From the NCBI RefSeq assembly GCF_009914755.1, contig NC_060929.1: a stretch of DNA of 64,000 nucleotides; one strand, given 5' to 3'. Both the position numbers and the translations under genes were made by a program. Positions within the stretch are counted from its first letter, which is position 1; every line of letters starts with the position of its first letter. Below the pieces are notes generated by a model. That model did no database searches and had not been told where the DNA came from. It saw only the letters and a program-made list of their open reading frames with translations. This document shows, piece after piece, positions 1-12,400 of this stretch. The stretch comes from the human T2T-CHM13v2.0 reference genome, Homo sapiens.

Positions 1-202
1 TTGCAAGTAGAGATTTCAGCCGCTTTGAAGTCAAAGGTAGAAAAGGAAATATCTTCCTATAAACACTAGACAGAATGATTCTCAGAAACTCCTTTGTGAT
101 GTGTGCGTTCAACTCACAGAGTTTAACCTTTCTTTTCATAGAGCAGTTAGGAAACACTCTGTTTGTAAAGTCTGCAAGTGTATATTCAGACCTCTTTGAG
201 GC

Positions 203-219
203 CTTCGTTGGAAACGGGT
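203..219 (+). other. CENP-B box (first of ~188, one per 340-bp dimer; last at ~63724)
   Basis: CTTCGTTGGAAACGGGT matches the established NTTCGNNNNANNCGGGN core. It recurs at 542, 881 (CTTCGTTGGAAACGGGA) and onward. Confidence 0.97.
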
Positions 220-370
220 TTTTTTCATATAAGGCTAGACAGAAGAATTCCCAGTAACTTCCTTGTGTTGTGTGTGTTCAACTCACAGAGTTGAACTTTC
301 ATTTACACAGAGCAGATTTGAAACACTCTTTTTGTGGAGTTTGCATGTGGAGATTTCAAGCGCTTTGAGG

Positions 371-387
371 CCAAAGGCAGAAAAGGA
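371..387 (+). other. pJalpha-like (A-box) site in the alternate monomer of each dimer (representative copy)
   Basis: CAAAGGCAGAAAAGGAA / CAATGGTAGAAAAGGAA lies at the position homologous to the CENP-B box, ~170 bp away. This fits the known A/B monomer alternation. Confidence 0.7.
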
Positions 388-2678
388 AATATCTTCGTAT
401 AAAAACTAGACAGAATCATTCTCAGAAACTGCTCTGCGATGTGTGCGTTCAACTCTCAGAGTTTAACTTTTCTTTTCATTCAGAGTTTGGAAACACTCTG
501 TTTGTAAAGTCTGCACGTGGATATTTTGACCACTTAGAGGCCTTCGTTGGAAACGGGTTTCTTTCCTGTAAGGCTAGACAGAAGAATTCCCAGTAACTTC
601 CTTGTGTTGTGTACATTCAACTCACAGAGTTGAACGTTCCCTTAGACAGAGCAGATTTGAAACACTCTTTTTGTGCAATTGGCAAGTGGAGATTTCAAGC
701 ACTTTAAGGTCAATGGCAGAAAAGGAAATATCTTCGTTTCAAAACTAGACAGAATCATTCCCACAAACTGCGTTGTGATGTGTTCGGTCAACTCACAGAG
801 TTTAACCTTTCTTTTCATAGAGCAGTTAGGAAACAGTCTGTTTGTCAATTCTGTAAGTGGATATTCTGACATCTTGTGGCCTTCGTTGGAAACGGGATTT
901 CTTCATATTCTGCTAGACAGAAGAATTCTCAGAATCTTCCTTGTGTTGTGTGTATTCAACTCACAGAGTTGAACGATCCTTTACACAGAGCAGACTTGAT
1001 GCACTCTTTTTGTGGAATTTGCAAGTGGAGATTTCAGCCGCTTTGAGGTCCATGGTAGAAAAGGAAATATCTTCGTATAAAAACTAGACAGAATGATTCT
1101 CAGAAACTTCTTTGTGATGTGTGCGTTCAACTCACAGAGTTTAACCTTTCTTTTCATAGAGCAGTTAGGAAACACTCTGTTTGTAAACTCTGCAAGTGGA
1201 TATTCAGACCTCTTTGAGGCCTTCATTGGAAACGGGATTTCTCCATACTATGCTAGACAGAAGAATTCTCATTAACTTCCTTGTGTTGTGTGTATTCAAC
1301 TCACAGAGTTGAACGATCCTTTACACAGAGCGGACTTGAAACACTCTTTTTGTGGAATTTGCAAGTGGAGATTTCAGCCGCGTTGAGGTCAATGGCAGAA
1401 AAGGAAATCTCTTCGTATAAAAACTAGACAGAATGATTCTCAGAAACTCCTTTGAGATGTGTGCGCTCAACTCACAGAGTTTAACCTTTCTTTTCATAGA
1501 GCAGTTAGGAAACACTCTGTTTGTAAAGTCTGAAGGTGGATATTCAGACCTCTTTGAGGTCTTCGTTGGAAATGGGTTTTTTCATATAAGGCTAGACAGA
1601 AGAATTCCCAGTAACTTCCTTGTGTTGTGTGTGTTCAACTCACAGAGTTGAACTTTCATTTACACAGAGCAGATTTGAAACACTCTTTTTGTGGAATTTG
1701 CAAATGGAGATTTCAAGCGGTTTGAGGCCAAAGGCAGAAAAGGAAATATCTTCGTATAAAAACTAGACAGAATCATTCTCAGAAACTGCTCTGCGATGTG
1801 TGCGTTCAACTCTCAGAGTTTAACTTTTCTTTTCATTCAGCAGTTTGGAAACACTCTGTTTGTAAAGTCTGCACGTGGATAATTTGACCACTTAGAGGCC
1901 TTCGTTGGAAACGGGTTTTTTTCATGTAAGGCTAGACAGAAGAATTCTCAGTAACTTCCTTGTGTTGTGTGTATTCAACTCACAGAGTTGAACGATCCTT
2001 TACACAGAGCAGACTTGTAACACTCTTTTTGTGGAATTTGCAAGTAGAGATTTCAGCCGCTTTGAAGTCAAAGGTAGAAAAGGAAATATCTTCCTATAAA
2101 CACTAGACAGAATGATTCTCAGAAACTCCTTTGTGATGTGTGCGTTCAACTCACAGAGTTTAACCTTTCTTTTCATAGAGCAGTTAGGAAACACTCTGTT
2201 TGTAAAGTCTGCAAGTGTATATTCAGACCTCTTTGAGGCCTTCGTTGGAAACGGGTTTTTTTCATATAAGGCTAGACAGAAGAATTCCCAGTAACTTCCT
2301 TGTGTTGTGTGTGTTCAACTCACAGAGTTGAACTTTCATTTACACAGAGCAGATTTGAAACACTCTTTTTGTGGAGTTTGCATGTGGAGATTTCAAGCGC
2401 TTTGAGGCCAAAGGCAGAAAAGGAAATATCTTCGTATAAAAACTAGACAGAATCATTCTCAGAAACTGCTCTGCGATGTGTGCGTTCAACTCTCAGAGTT
2501 TAACTTTTCTTTTCATTCAGAGTTTGGAAACACTCTGTTTGTAAAGTCTGCACGTGGATATTTTGACCACTTAGAGGCCTTCGTTGGAAACGGGTTTCTT
2601 TCCTGTAAGGCTAGACAGAAGAATTCCCAGTAACTTCCTTGTGTTGTGTACATTCAACTCACAGAGTTGAACGTTCCC

Positions 2679-4036
2679 TTAGACAGAGCAGATTTGAAAC
2701 ACTCTTTTTGTGCAATTGGCAAGTGGAGATTTCAAGCACTTTAAGGTCAATGGCAGAAAAGGAAATATCTTCGTTTCAAAACTAGACAGAATCATTCCCA
2801 CAAACTGCGTTGTGATGTGTTCGGTCAACTCACAGAGTTTAACCTTTCTTTTCATAGAGCAGTTAGGAAACAGTCTGTTTGTCAATTCTGTAAGTGGATA
2901 TTCTGACATCTTGTGGCCTTCGTTGGAAACGGGATTTCTTCATATTCTGCTAGACAGAAGAATTCTCAGAATCTTCCTTGTGTTGTGTGTATTCAACTCA
3001 CAGAGTTGAACGATCCTTTACACAGAGCAGACTTGATGCACTCTTTTTGTGGAATTTGCAAGTGGAGATTTCAGCCGCTTTGAGGTCCATGGTAGAAAAG
3101 GAAATATCTTCGTATAAAAACTAGACAGAATGATTCTCAGAAACTTCTTTGTGATGTGTGCGTTCAACTCACAGAGTTTAACCTTTCTTTTCATAGAGCA
3201 GTTAGGAAACACTCTGTTTGTAAACTCTGCAAGTGGATATTCAGACCTCTTTGAGGCCTTCATTGGAAACGGGATTTCTCCATACTATGCTAGACAGAAG
3301 AATTCTCAGTAACTTCCTTGTGTTGTGTGTATTCAACTCACAGAGTTGAACGATCCTTTACACAGAGCGGACTTGAAACACTCGTTTTGTGGAATTTGCA
3401 AGTGGAGATTTCAGCCGCGTTGAGGTCAATGGTAGAAAAGGAAATCTCTTCGTATAAAAACTAGACAGAATGATTCTCAGAAACTCCTTTGTGATGTGTG
3501 CGTTCAACTAACAGAGTTTAACCTTTCTTTTCATAGAGCAGTTAGGAAACACTCTGTTTGTAAAGTCTGCAAGTGGATATTCAGACCTCTTGAGGCCTTC
3601 GTTGGAAACGGGTTTTTTCATATAAGGCTAGACAGAAGAATTCCCAGTAACTTCCTTGTGTTGTGTGTTTTTTAAGTCACAGAGTTGATCTTTCATTTAC
3701 ACAGAGCAGATTTGAAACACTCTTTTTGTGGAATTTGCAAGTGGAGATTTCAAGTGCTTTGAGGCCAATGGCAGAAAAGGAAATATCTTCGTATAAAAAC
3801 TAGACAGAATCATTCTCAGAAACTGCTCTGCGATGTGTGCGTTCAACTCTCAGAGTTTAACTTTTCTTTTCATTCAGCAGTTTGGAAACACTCTGTTTGT
3901 AAAGTCTGCACGTGGATATTTTGACCACTTAGAGGCCTTCGTTGGAAACGGGTTTTTTTCCTGTAAGGCTAGACAGAAGAATTCTCAGTAACTTCCTTGT
4001 GTTGTGTACATTCAACTCACAGAGTTGAACGTTCCC
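2679..4036 (+). repeat. HOR unit X, 8-mer (A-B-B-C); copies start at 2679, 9472, 12869, 18645, 23400, 30194, 34950, 42081, 43440
   Basis: Shared markers: GTCAATTC, GATGCACTC, CTTCATTGGAAACGGG, TCTCCATAC, CAACTAACAG, TTTTAAGTCAC. Confidence 0.9.
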
Positions 4037-5395
4037 TTAGACAGAGCATATTTGAAACACTCTTTTTGTGCAATTGGCAAGTGGAGATTTCAAGCGCTTT
4101 AAGGTCAATGGCAGAAAAGGAAATATCTTCGTTTCAAAACTAGACAGAATCATTCCCACAAACTGCGTTGTGATGTGTTCGTTCAACTCACAGAGTTTAA
4201 CCTTTCTTTTCATAGAGCAGTTAGGAAACAGTCTGTTTGTAAATTCTGTAAGTGGATATTCTGACATCTTGTGGCCTTCGTTGGAAACGGGATTTCTTCA
4301 TATTCTGCTAGACAGAAGAATTCTCAGAATCTTCCTTGTGTTGTGTGTATTCAACTCACAGAGTTGAACGATCCTTTACACAGAGCAGACTTGATACAGT
4401 CTTTTTGTGGAATTTGCAAGTGGAGATTTCAGCCGCTTTGAGGTCAATGGTAGAAAAGGAAATATCTTCGTATAAAAACTAGACAGAATGATTCTCAGAA
4501 ACTTCTTTGTGATGTGTGCGTTCAACTCACAGAGTTTAACCTTTCTTTTCATAGAGCAGTTAGGAAACACTCTGTTTGTAAAGTCTGTAAGTGGATATAC
4601 AGACCTCTTTGAGGCCTTCGTTGGAAACGGGATTTCTTCATACTATGCTAGACAGAAGAATTCTCAGTAACTTCCTTGTGTTGTGTGTATTCAACTCACA
4701 GAGTTGAACTATCCTTTACACAGAGCAGACTTGAAACACTCGTTTTGAGGAATTTGCAAGTGGAGATTTCAGCCGCTTTGAGGTCAATGGTAGAAAAGGA
4801 AATCTCTTCGTATAAAAACTAGACAGAATGATTCTCAGAAACTCCTTTGTGATGTGTGCGTTCAGCTCACAGAGTTTAACCTTTCTTTTCATAGAGCAGT
4901 TAGGAAACACTCTGTTTGTAAAGTCTGCAAGTGGATATTCAGACCTCTTTGAGGCCTTCGTTGGAAACGGGTTTTTTTCATATAAGGCTAGACAGAAGAA
5001 TTCCCAGTAACTTCCTTGTGTTGTGTGTGTTCAACTCACAGAGTTGAACTCTCATTTACACAGAGCAGATTTGAAACACTCTTTTTGTGGAATTTGCAAG
5101 TGGAGATTTCAAGTGCTTTGAGGCCAAAGGCAGAAAAGGAAATATCTTCGTATAAAAACTAGACAGAATCATTCTCAGAAACTGCTCTGCGATGTGTGCG
5201 TTCAACTCTCAGAGTTTAACTTTTCTTTTCATTCAGCAGTTTGGAAACACTCTGTTTGTAAAGTCTGCACGTGGATATTTTGACCACTTAGAGGCCTTCG
5301 TTGGAAACGGGTTTTTTTCCTGTAAGGCTAGACAGAAGAATTCCCAGTAACTTCCTTGTGTTGTGTACATTCAACTCACAGAGTTGAACGTTCCC
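4037..5395 (+). repeat. HOR unit Y, 8-mer (A-B-B-C); copies start at 4037, 14228, 20004, 24759, 31553, 36309, 44799; hybrid Y' at 37668 and 46158
   Basis: Shared markers: GATACAGTC, GATATACAGAC, GAACTATCC, TTTTGAGGAA, GAACTCTCAT, and GAGCATATTT in most copies. Confidence 0.9.
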
Positions 5396-7433
5396 TTAGA
5401 CAGAGCAGATTTGAAACACTCTTTGTGCAATTGGCAAGTGGAGATTTCAAGCGCTTTAAGGTCAATGGCAGAAAAGGAAATATCTTCGTTTCAAAACTAG
5501 ACAGAATCATTCCCTCAAACTGCGTTGTGATGTGTTCGTTCAACTCACAGAGTTTAACCTTTCTTTTCATAGAGCAGTTAGGAAACAGTCTGTTTGTAAA
5601 TTCTGTAAGTGGATATTCTGACATCTTGTGGCCTTCGTTGGAAACGGGATTTCTTCATATTCTGCTAGACAGAAGAATTCTCAGAATCTTCCTTGTGTTG
5701 TGTGTATTCAACTCACAGAGTTGAACGATCCTTTACACAGAGCAGACATGAAACACTCTTTTTGTGGAATTTGCAAGTGGAGATTTCAGCCGCTTTGAGG
5801 TCCATGGTAGAAAAGGAAATATCTTCGAATAAAAACTAGACAGAATGATTCTCAGAAACTTCTTTGTGATGTGTGCGTTCAACTAACAGAGTTTAACCTT
5901 TCTTTTCATAGAGCAGTTAGGAAACACTCTGTTTGTAAACTCTGCAAGTGGATATTCAGACCTCTTTGAGGCCTTCGTTGGAAACGGGATTTCTTCATAC
6001 TGTGCTAGACAGAAGAATTCTCATTAACTTCCTTGTGTTGTGTGTATTCAACTCACAGAGTTGAACGATCCTTTACACAGAGCGGACTTGAAACACTCTT
6101 TTTGTGGAATTTGCAAGTGGAGATTTCAGCCGCGTTGAGGTCAATGGTAGAAAAGGAAATCTCTTCGTATAAAAACTAGACAGAATGATTCTCAGAAACT
6201 CCTTTGAGATGTGTGCGCTCAACTCACAGAGTTTAACCTTTCTTTTCATAGAGCAGTTAGGAAACACTCTGTTTGTAAAGTCTGCAAGTGGATATTCAGA
6301 CCTCTTTGAGGCCTTCGTTGGAAACGGGTTTTTTTCAAATAAGGCTAGACAGAAGAATTCCCAGTAACTTCCATGTGTTGTGTGTGTTCAACTCACAGAG
6401 TTGAACTTTCATTTACACAGAGTAGATTTGAAACACTCTTTTTGTGGAATTTGCAAATGGAGATTTCAAACTCTTTGAGGCCAAAGGCAGAAAAGGAAAT
6501 ATCTTCGTATAAAAACTAGACAGAATCATTCTCAGAAACTGCTCTGCGATGTGTGCGTTCAACTCTCAGAGTTTAACTTTTCTTTTCATTCAGCAGTTTG
6601 GAAACACTCTGTTTGTAAAGTCTGCACGTGGATAATTTCACCACTTAGAGGTCTTCGTTGGAAACGGGTTTTTTTCATGTAAGGATAGACAGAAGAATTC
6701 TCAGTAACTTCCTTGTGTTGTGTGTATTCAACTCACAGAGTTGAACGATCCTTTACACAGAGCAGACTTGTAACACTCTTTTTGTGGAATTTGCAAGTGG
6801 AGATTTCAGCGGCTTTGAAGTCACAGGTAGAAAGGGAAATATCTTCCTATAAACACTAGACAGAATGATTCTCAGAAACTCCTTTGTGATGTGTGCGTTC
6901 AACTCACAGAGTTTAACCTTTCTTTTCATAGAGCAGTTAGGAAACACTCTGTTTGTAAAGTCTGCAAGTGGATATTCAGACCTCTTTGAGGCCTTCGTTG
7001 GAAACGGGTTTTTTTCATATAAGGCTAGACAGAAGAATTCCCAGTAACTTCCTTGTGTTGTGTGTTTTTTAACTCACAGAGTTGAACTTTCATTTACACA
7101 GAGCAGATTTGAAACACTCTTTTTGTGGAATTTGCAAGTGGAGATTTCAAGCGCTTTGAGGCCAAAGGCAGAAAAGGAAATATCTTCGTATAAAAACTAG
7201 ACAGAATCATTCTCAGAAACTGCTCTGCGATGTGTGCGTTCAACTCTCAGAGTTTAACTTTTCTTTTCATTCAGCAGTTTGGAAACACTCTGTTTGTAAA
7301 GTCTGCACGTGGATATTTTGACCACTTAGAGGCCTTCGTTGGAAACGGGTTTTTTTCCTGTAAGGCTAGACAGAAGAATTCCCAGTAACTTCCTTGTGTT
7401 GTGTACATTCAACTCACAGAGTTGAACGTTCCC
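5396..7433 (+). repeat. HOR unit Z, 12-mer (A-B-B-C-B-C); copies start at 5396, 10831, 15587, 21363, 26118, 39025, 47515 (partial)
   Basis: Shared markers: 2-bp deletion CACTCTTTGTGC, CCCTCAAAC, GACATGAAAC, CGAATAAAA, CAAATAAG, GAGTAGATT, CAAACTCTTT, AAGGATAGAC, 1-bp insertion GTGTTTTTTAACTC. Confidence 0.9.
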
Positions 7434-9471
7434 TTAGACAGAGCAGATTTGAAACACTCTTTTTGTGCAATTGGCAAGTGGAGATTTCAAGCGCTTTAAG
7501 GTCAATGGCAGAAAAGGAAATATCTTCGTTTCAAAACTAGACAGAATCATTCCCACAAACTGCGTTGTGATGTGTTCGTTCAACTCACAGAGTTTAACCT
7601 TTCTTTTCTTAGAGCAGTTAGGAAACAGTCTGTTTGTAAATTCTGTAAGTGGTTATTCTGACATCTTGTGGCCTTCGTTGGAAACGGGATTTCTTCATAT
7701 TCTGCTAGACAGAAGAATTCTCAGAATCTTCCTTGTGTTGTGTGTATTCAACTCACAGAGTTGAACGATCCTTTACACAGAGCAGACTTGAAACACTCTT
7801 TTTGTGGAATTTGCAAGTGGAGATTTCAGCCGCTTTGAAGTCCATGGTAGAAAAGGAAATATCTTCGTATAAAAACTAGACAGAATGATTCTCAGAAACT
7901 TCTTTGTGATGTGTGCGTTCAACTCACAGAGTTTAACCTTTCTTTTCATAGAGCAGTTAGGAAACACTCTGTTTGTAAACTCTGCAAGTGGATATTCAGA
8001 CCTCTTTGGGGCCTTCGTTGGAAACGGGATTTCTTCATACTGTGCTAGACAGAAGAATTCTCATTAACTTCCTTGTGTTGTGTGTATTCAACTCACAGAG
8101 TTGAACGATCCTTTACACAGAGCGGACTTGAAACACTCTTTTTGTGGAATTTGCAAGTGGAGATTTCAGCCGCGTTGAGGTCAATGGTAGAAAAGGAAAT
8201 CTCTTCGTATAAAAACTAGACAGAATGATTCTCAGAAACTCCTTTGAGATGTGTGCGCTCAACTCACAGAGTTTAACCTTTCTTTTCATAGAGCAGTTAG
8301 GAAACACTCTGTTTGTAAAGTCTGAAGGTGGATATTCAGACCTCTTTGAGGCCTTCGTTGGAAATGGGTTTTTTCATATAAGGCTAGACAGAAGAATTCC
8401 CAGTAACTTCCTTGTGTTGTGTGTGTTCAACTCACAGAGTTGAACTTTCATTTACACAGAGCAGATTTGAAACACTCTTTTTGTGGAATTTGCAAATGGA
8501 GATTTCAAGCGGTTTGAGGCCAAAGGCAGAAAAGGAAATATCTTCGTATAAAAACTAGACAGAATCATTCTCAGAAACTGCTCTGCGATGTGTGCGTTCA
8601 ACTCTCAGAGTTTAACTTTTCTTTTCATTCAGCAGTTTGGAAACACTCTGTTTGTAAAGTCTGCACGTGGATAATTTGACCACTTAGAGGCCTTCGTTGG
8701 AAACGGGTTTTTTTCATGTAAGGCTAGACAGAAGAATTCTCAGTAACTTCCTTGTGTTGTGTGTATTCAACTGACAGAGTTGAACGATCCTTTACACAGA
8801 GCAGACTTGTAACACTCTTTTTGTGGAATTTGCAAGTGGAGATTTCAGCCGCTTTGAAGTCAAAGGTAGAAAAGGAAATATCTTCCTATAAACACTAGAC
8901 AGAATGATTCTCAGAAACTCCTTTGTGATGTGTGCGTTCAACTCACAGAGTTTAACCTTTCTTTTCATAGAGCAGTTAGGAAACACTCTGTTTGTAAAGT
9001 CTGCAAGTGTATATTCAGACCTCTTTCAGGCCTTCGTTGGAAACGGGTTTTTTTCATATAAGGCTAGACAGAAGAATTCCCAGTAACTTCCTTGTGTTGT
9101 GTGTGTTCAACTCACAGAGTTGAACTTTCATTTACACAGAGCAGATTTGAAACACTCTTTTTGTGGAGTTTGCATGTGGAGATTTCAAGCGCTTTGAGGC
9201 CAAAGGCAGAAAAGGAAATATCTTCGTATAAAAACTAGACAGAATCATTCTCAGAAACTGCTCTGCGATGTGTGCGTTCAACTCTCAGAGTTTAACTTTT
9301 CTTTTCATTCAGCAGTTTGGAAACACTCTGTTTGTAAAGTCTGCACGTGGATATTTTGACCACTTAGAGGCCTTCGTTGGAAACGGGTTTCTTTCCTGTA
9401 AGGCTAGACAGAAGAATTCCCAGTAACTTCCTTGTGTTGTGTACATTCAACTCACAGAGTTGAACGTTCCC
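7434..9471 (+). repeat. HOR unit W, 12-mer (A-B-B-C-B-C); copies start at 7434, 28156, 32912; truncated at 41063; W tails at 1-641 and ~1272-2678
   Basis: Shared markers: GGTTATTC, GAAGTCCATGG, TCTGAAGGTGG, GGAAATGGG, GTGTATATTC, GGAGTTTGCATGTGG, GGGTTTCTTTCC. Confidence 0.9.
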
Positions 9472-12400
9472 TTAGACAGAGCAGATTTGAAACACTCTTT
9501 TTGTGCAATTGGCAAGTGGAGATTTCAAGCGCTTTAAGGTCAATGGCAGAAAAGGAAATATCTTCGTTTCAAAACTAGACAGAATCATTCCCACAAACTG
9601 CGTTGTGATGTGTTCGGTCAACTCACAGAGTTTAACCTTTCTTTTCATAGAGCAGTTAGGAAACAGTCTGTTTGTCAATTCTGTAAGTGGATATTCTGAC
9701 ATCTTGTGGCCTTCGTTGGAAACGGGATTTCTTCATATTCTGCTAGACAGAAGAATTCTCAGAATCTTCCTTGTGTTGTGTGTATTCAACTCACAGAGTT
9801 GAACGATCCTTTACACAGAGCAGACTTGATGCACTCTTTTTGTGGAATTTGCAAGTGGAGATTTCAGCCGCTTTGAGGTCCATGGTAGAAAAGGAAATAT
9901 CTTCGTATAAAAACTAGACAGAATGATTCTCAGAAACTTCTTTGTGATGTGTGCGTTCAACTCACAGAGTTTAACCTTTCTTTTCATAGAGCAGTTAGGA
10001 AACACTCCGTTTGTAAACTCTGCAAGTGGATATTCAGACCTCTTTGAGGCCTTCATTGGAAACGGGATTTCTCCATACTATGCTAGACAGAAGAATTCTC
10101 AGTAACTTCCTTGTGTTGTGTGTATTCAACTCACAGAGTTGAACGATCCTTTACACAGAGCGGACTTGAAACACTCGTTTTGTGGAATTTGCAAGTGGAG
10201 ATTTCAGCCGCGTTGAGGTCAATGGTAGAAAAGGAAATCTCTTCGTATAAAAACTAGACAGAATGATTCTCAGAAACTCCTTTGTGATGTGTGCGTTCAA
10301 CTAACAGAGTTTAACCTTTCTTTTCATAGAGCAGTTAGGAAACACTCTGTTTGTAAAGTCTGCAAGTGGATATTCAGACCTCTTTGAGGCCTTCGTTGGA
10401 AACGGGTTTTTTCATATAAGGCTAGACAGAAGAATTCCCAGTAACTTCCTTGTGTTGTGTGTTTTTTAAGTCACAGAGTTGAACTTTCATTTACACAGAG
10501 CAGATTTGAAACACTCTTTTTGTGGAATTTGCAAGTGGAGATTTCAAGTGCTTTGAGGCTAATGGCAGAAAAGGAAATATCTTCGTATAAAAACTAGACA
10601 GAATCATTCTCAGAAACTGCTCTGCGATGTGTGCGTTCAACTCTCAGAGTTTAACTTTTCTTTTCATTCAGCAGTTTGGAAACACTCTGTTTGTAAAGTC
10701 TGCACGTGGATATTTTGACCACTTAGAGGCCTTCGTTGGAAACGGGTTTTTTTCCTGTAAGGCTAGACAGAAGAATTCCCAGTAACTTCCTTGTGTTGTG
10801 TACATTCAACTCACAGAGTTGAACGTTCCCTTAGACAGAGCAGATTTGAAACACTCTTTGTGCAATTGGCAAGTGGAGATTTCAAGCGCTTTAAGGTCAA
10901 TGGCAGAAAAGGAAATATCTTCGTTTCAAAACTAGACAGAATCATTCCCTCAAACTGCGTTGTGATGTGTTCGTTCAACTCACAGAGTTTAACCTTTCTT
11001 TTCATAGAGCAGTTAGGAAACAGTCTGTTTGTAAATTCTGTAAGTGGATATTCTGACATCTTGTGGCCTTCGTTGGAAACGGGATTTCTTCATATTCTGC
11101 TAGACAGAAGAATTCTCAGAATCTTCCTTGTGTTGTGTGTATTCAACTCACAGAGTTGAACGATCCTTTACACAGAGCAGACATGAAACACTCTTTTTGT
11201 GGAATTTGCAAGTGGAGATTTCAGCCGCTTTGAGGTCCATGGTAGAAAAGGAAATATCTTCGAATAAAAACTAGACAGAATGATTCTCAGAAACTTCTTT
11301 GTGATGTGTGCGTTCAACTCACAGAGTTTAACCTTTCTTTTCATAGAGCAGTTAGGAAACACTCTGTTTGTAAACTCTGCAAGTGGACATTCAGACCTCT
11401 TTGAGGCCTTCGTTGGAAACGGGATTTCTTCATACTGTGCTGGACAGAAGAATTCTCATTAACTTCCTTGTGTTGTGTGTATTCAACTCACAGAGTTGAA
11501 CGATCCTTTACACAGAGCGGACTTGAAACACTCTTTTTGTGGAATTTGCAAGTGGAGATTTCAGCCGCGTTGAGGTCAATGGTAGAAAAGGAAATCTCTT
11601 CGTATAAAAACTAGACAGAATGATTCTCAGAAACTCCTTTGAGATGTGTGCGCTCAACTCACAGAGTTTAACCTTTCTTTTCATAGAGCAGTTAGGAAAC
11701 ACTCTGTTTGTAAAGTCTGCAAGTGGATATTCAGACCTCTTTGAGGCCTTCGTTGGAAACGGGTTTTTTTCAAATAAGGCTAGACAGAAGAATTCCCAGT
11801 AACTTCCATGTGTTGTGTGTGTTCAACTCACAGAGTTGAACTTTCATTTACACAGAGTAGATTTGAAACACTCTTTTTGTGGAATTTGCAAATGGAGATT
11901 TCAAACTCTTTGAGGCCAAAGGCAGAAAAGGAAATATCTTCGTATAAAAACTAGACAGAATCATTCTCAGAAACTGCTCTGCGATGTGTGCGTTCAACTC
12001 TCAGAGTTTAACTTTTCTTTTCATTCAGCAGTTTGGAAACACTCTGTTTGTAAAGTCTGCACGTGGATAATTTGACCACTTAGAGGTCTTCGTTGGAAAC
12101 GGGTTTTTTTCATGTAAGGATAGACAGAAGAATTCTCAGTAACTTCCTTGTGTTGTGTGTATTCAACTCACAGAGTTGAACGATCCTTTACACAGAGCAG
12201 ACTTGTAACACTCTTTTTGTGGAATTTGCAAGTGGAGATTTCAGCCGCTTTGAAGTCAAAGGTAGAAAAGGAAATATCTTCCTATAAACACTAGACAGAA
12301 TGATTCTCAGAAACTCCTTTGTGATGTGTGCGTTCAACTCACAGAGTTTAACCTTTCTTTTCATAGAGCAGTTAGGAAACACTCTGTTTGTAAAGTCTGC

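Noticed and set aside
5356-5724. 122-aa ORF (MCCVHSTHRV...) repeated nine times
   Set aside because: It arises from the 2-bp deletion in the Z-type A dimer fusing two frames; it has a TTG start and no gene context.
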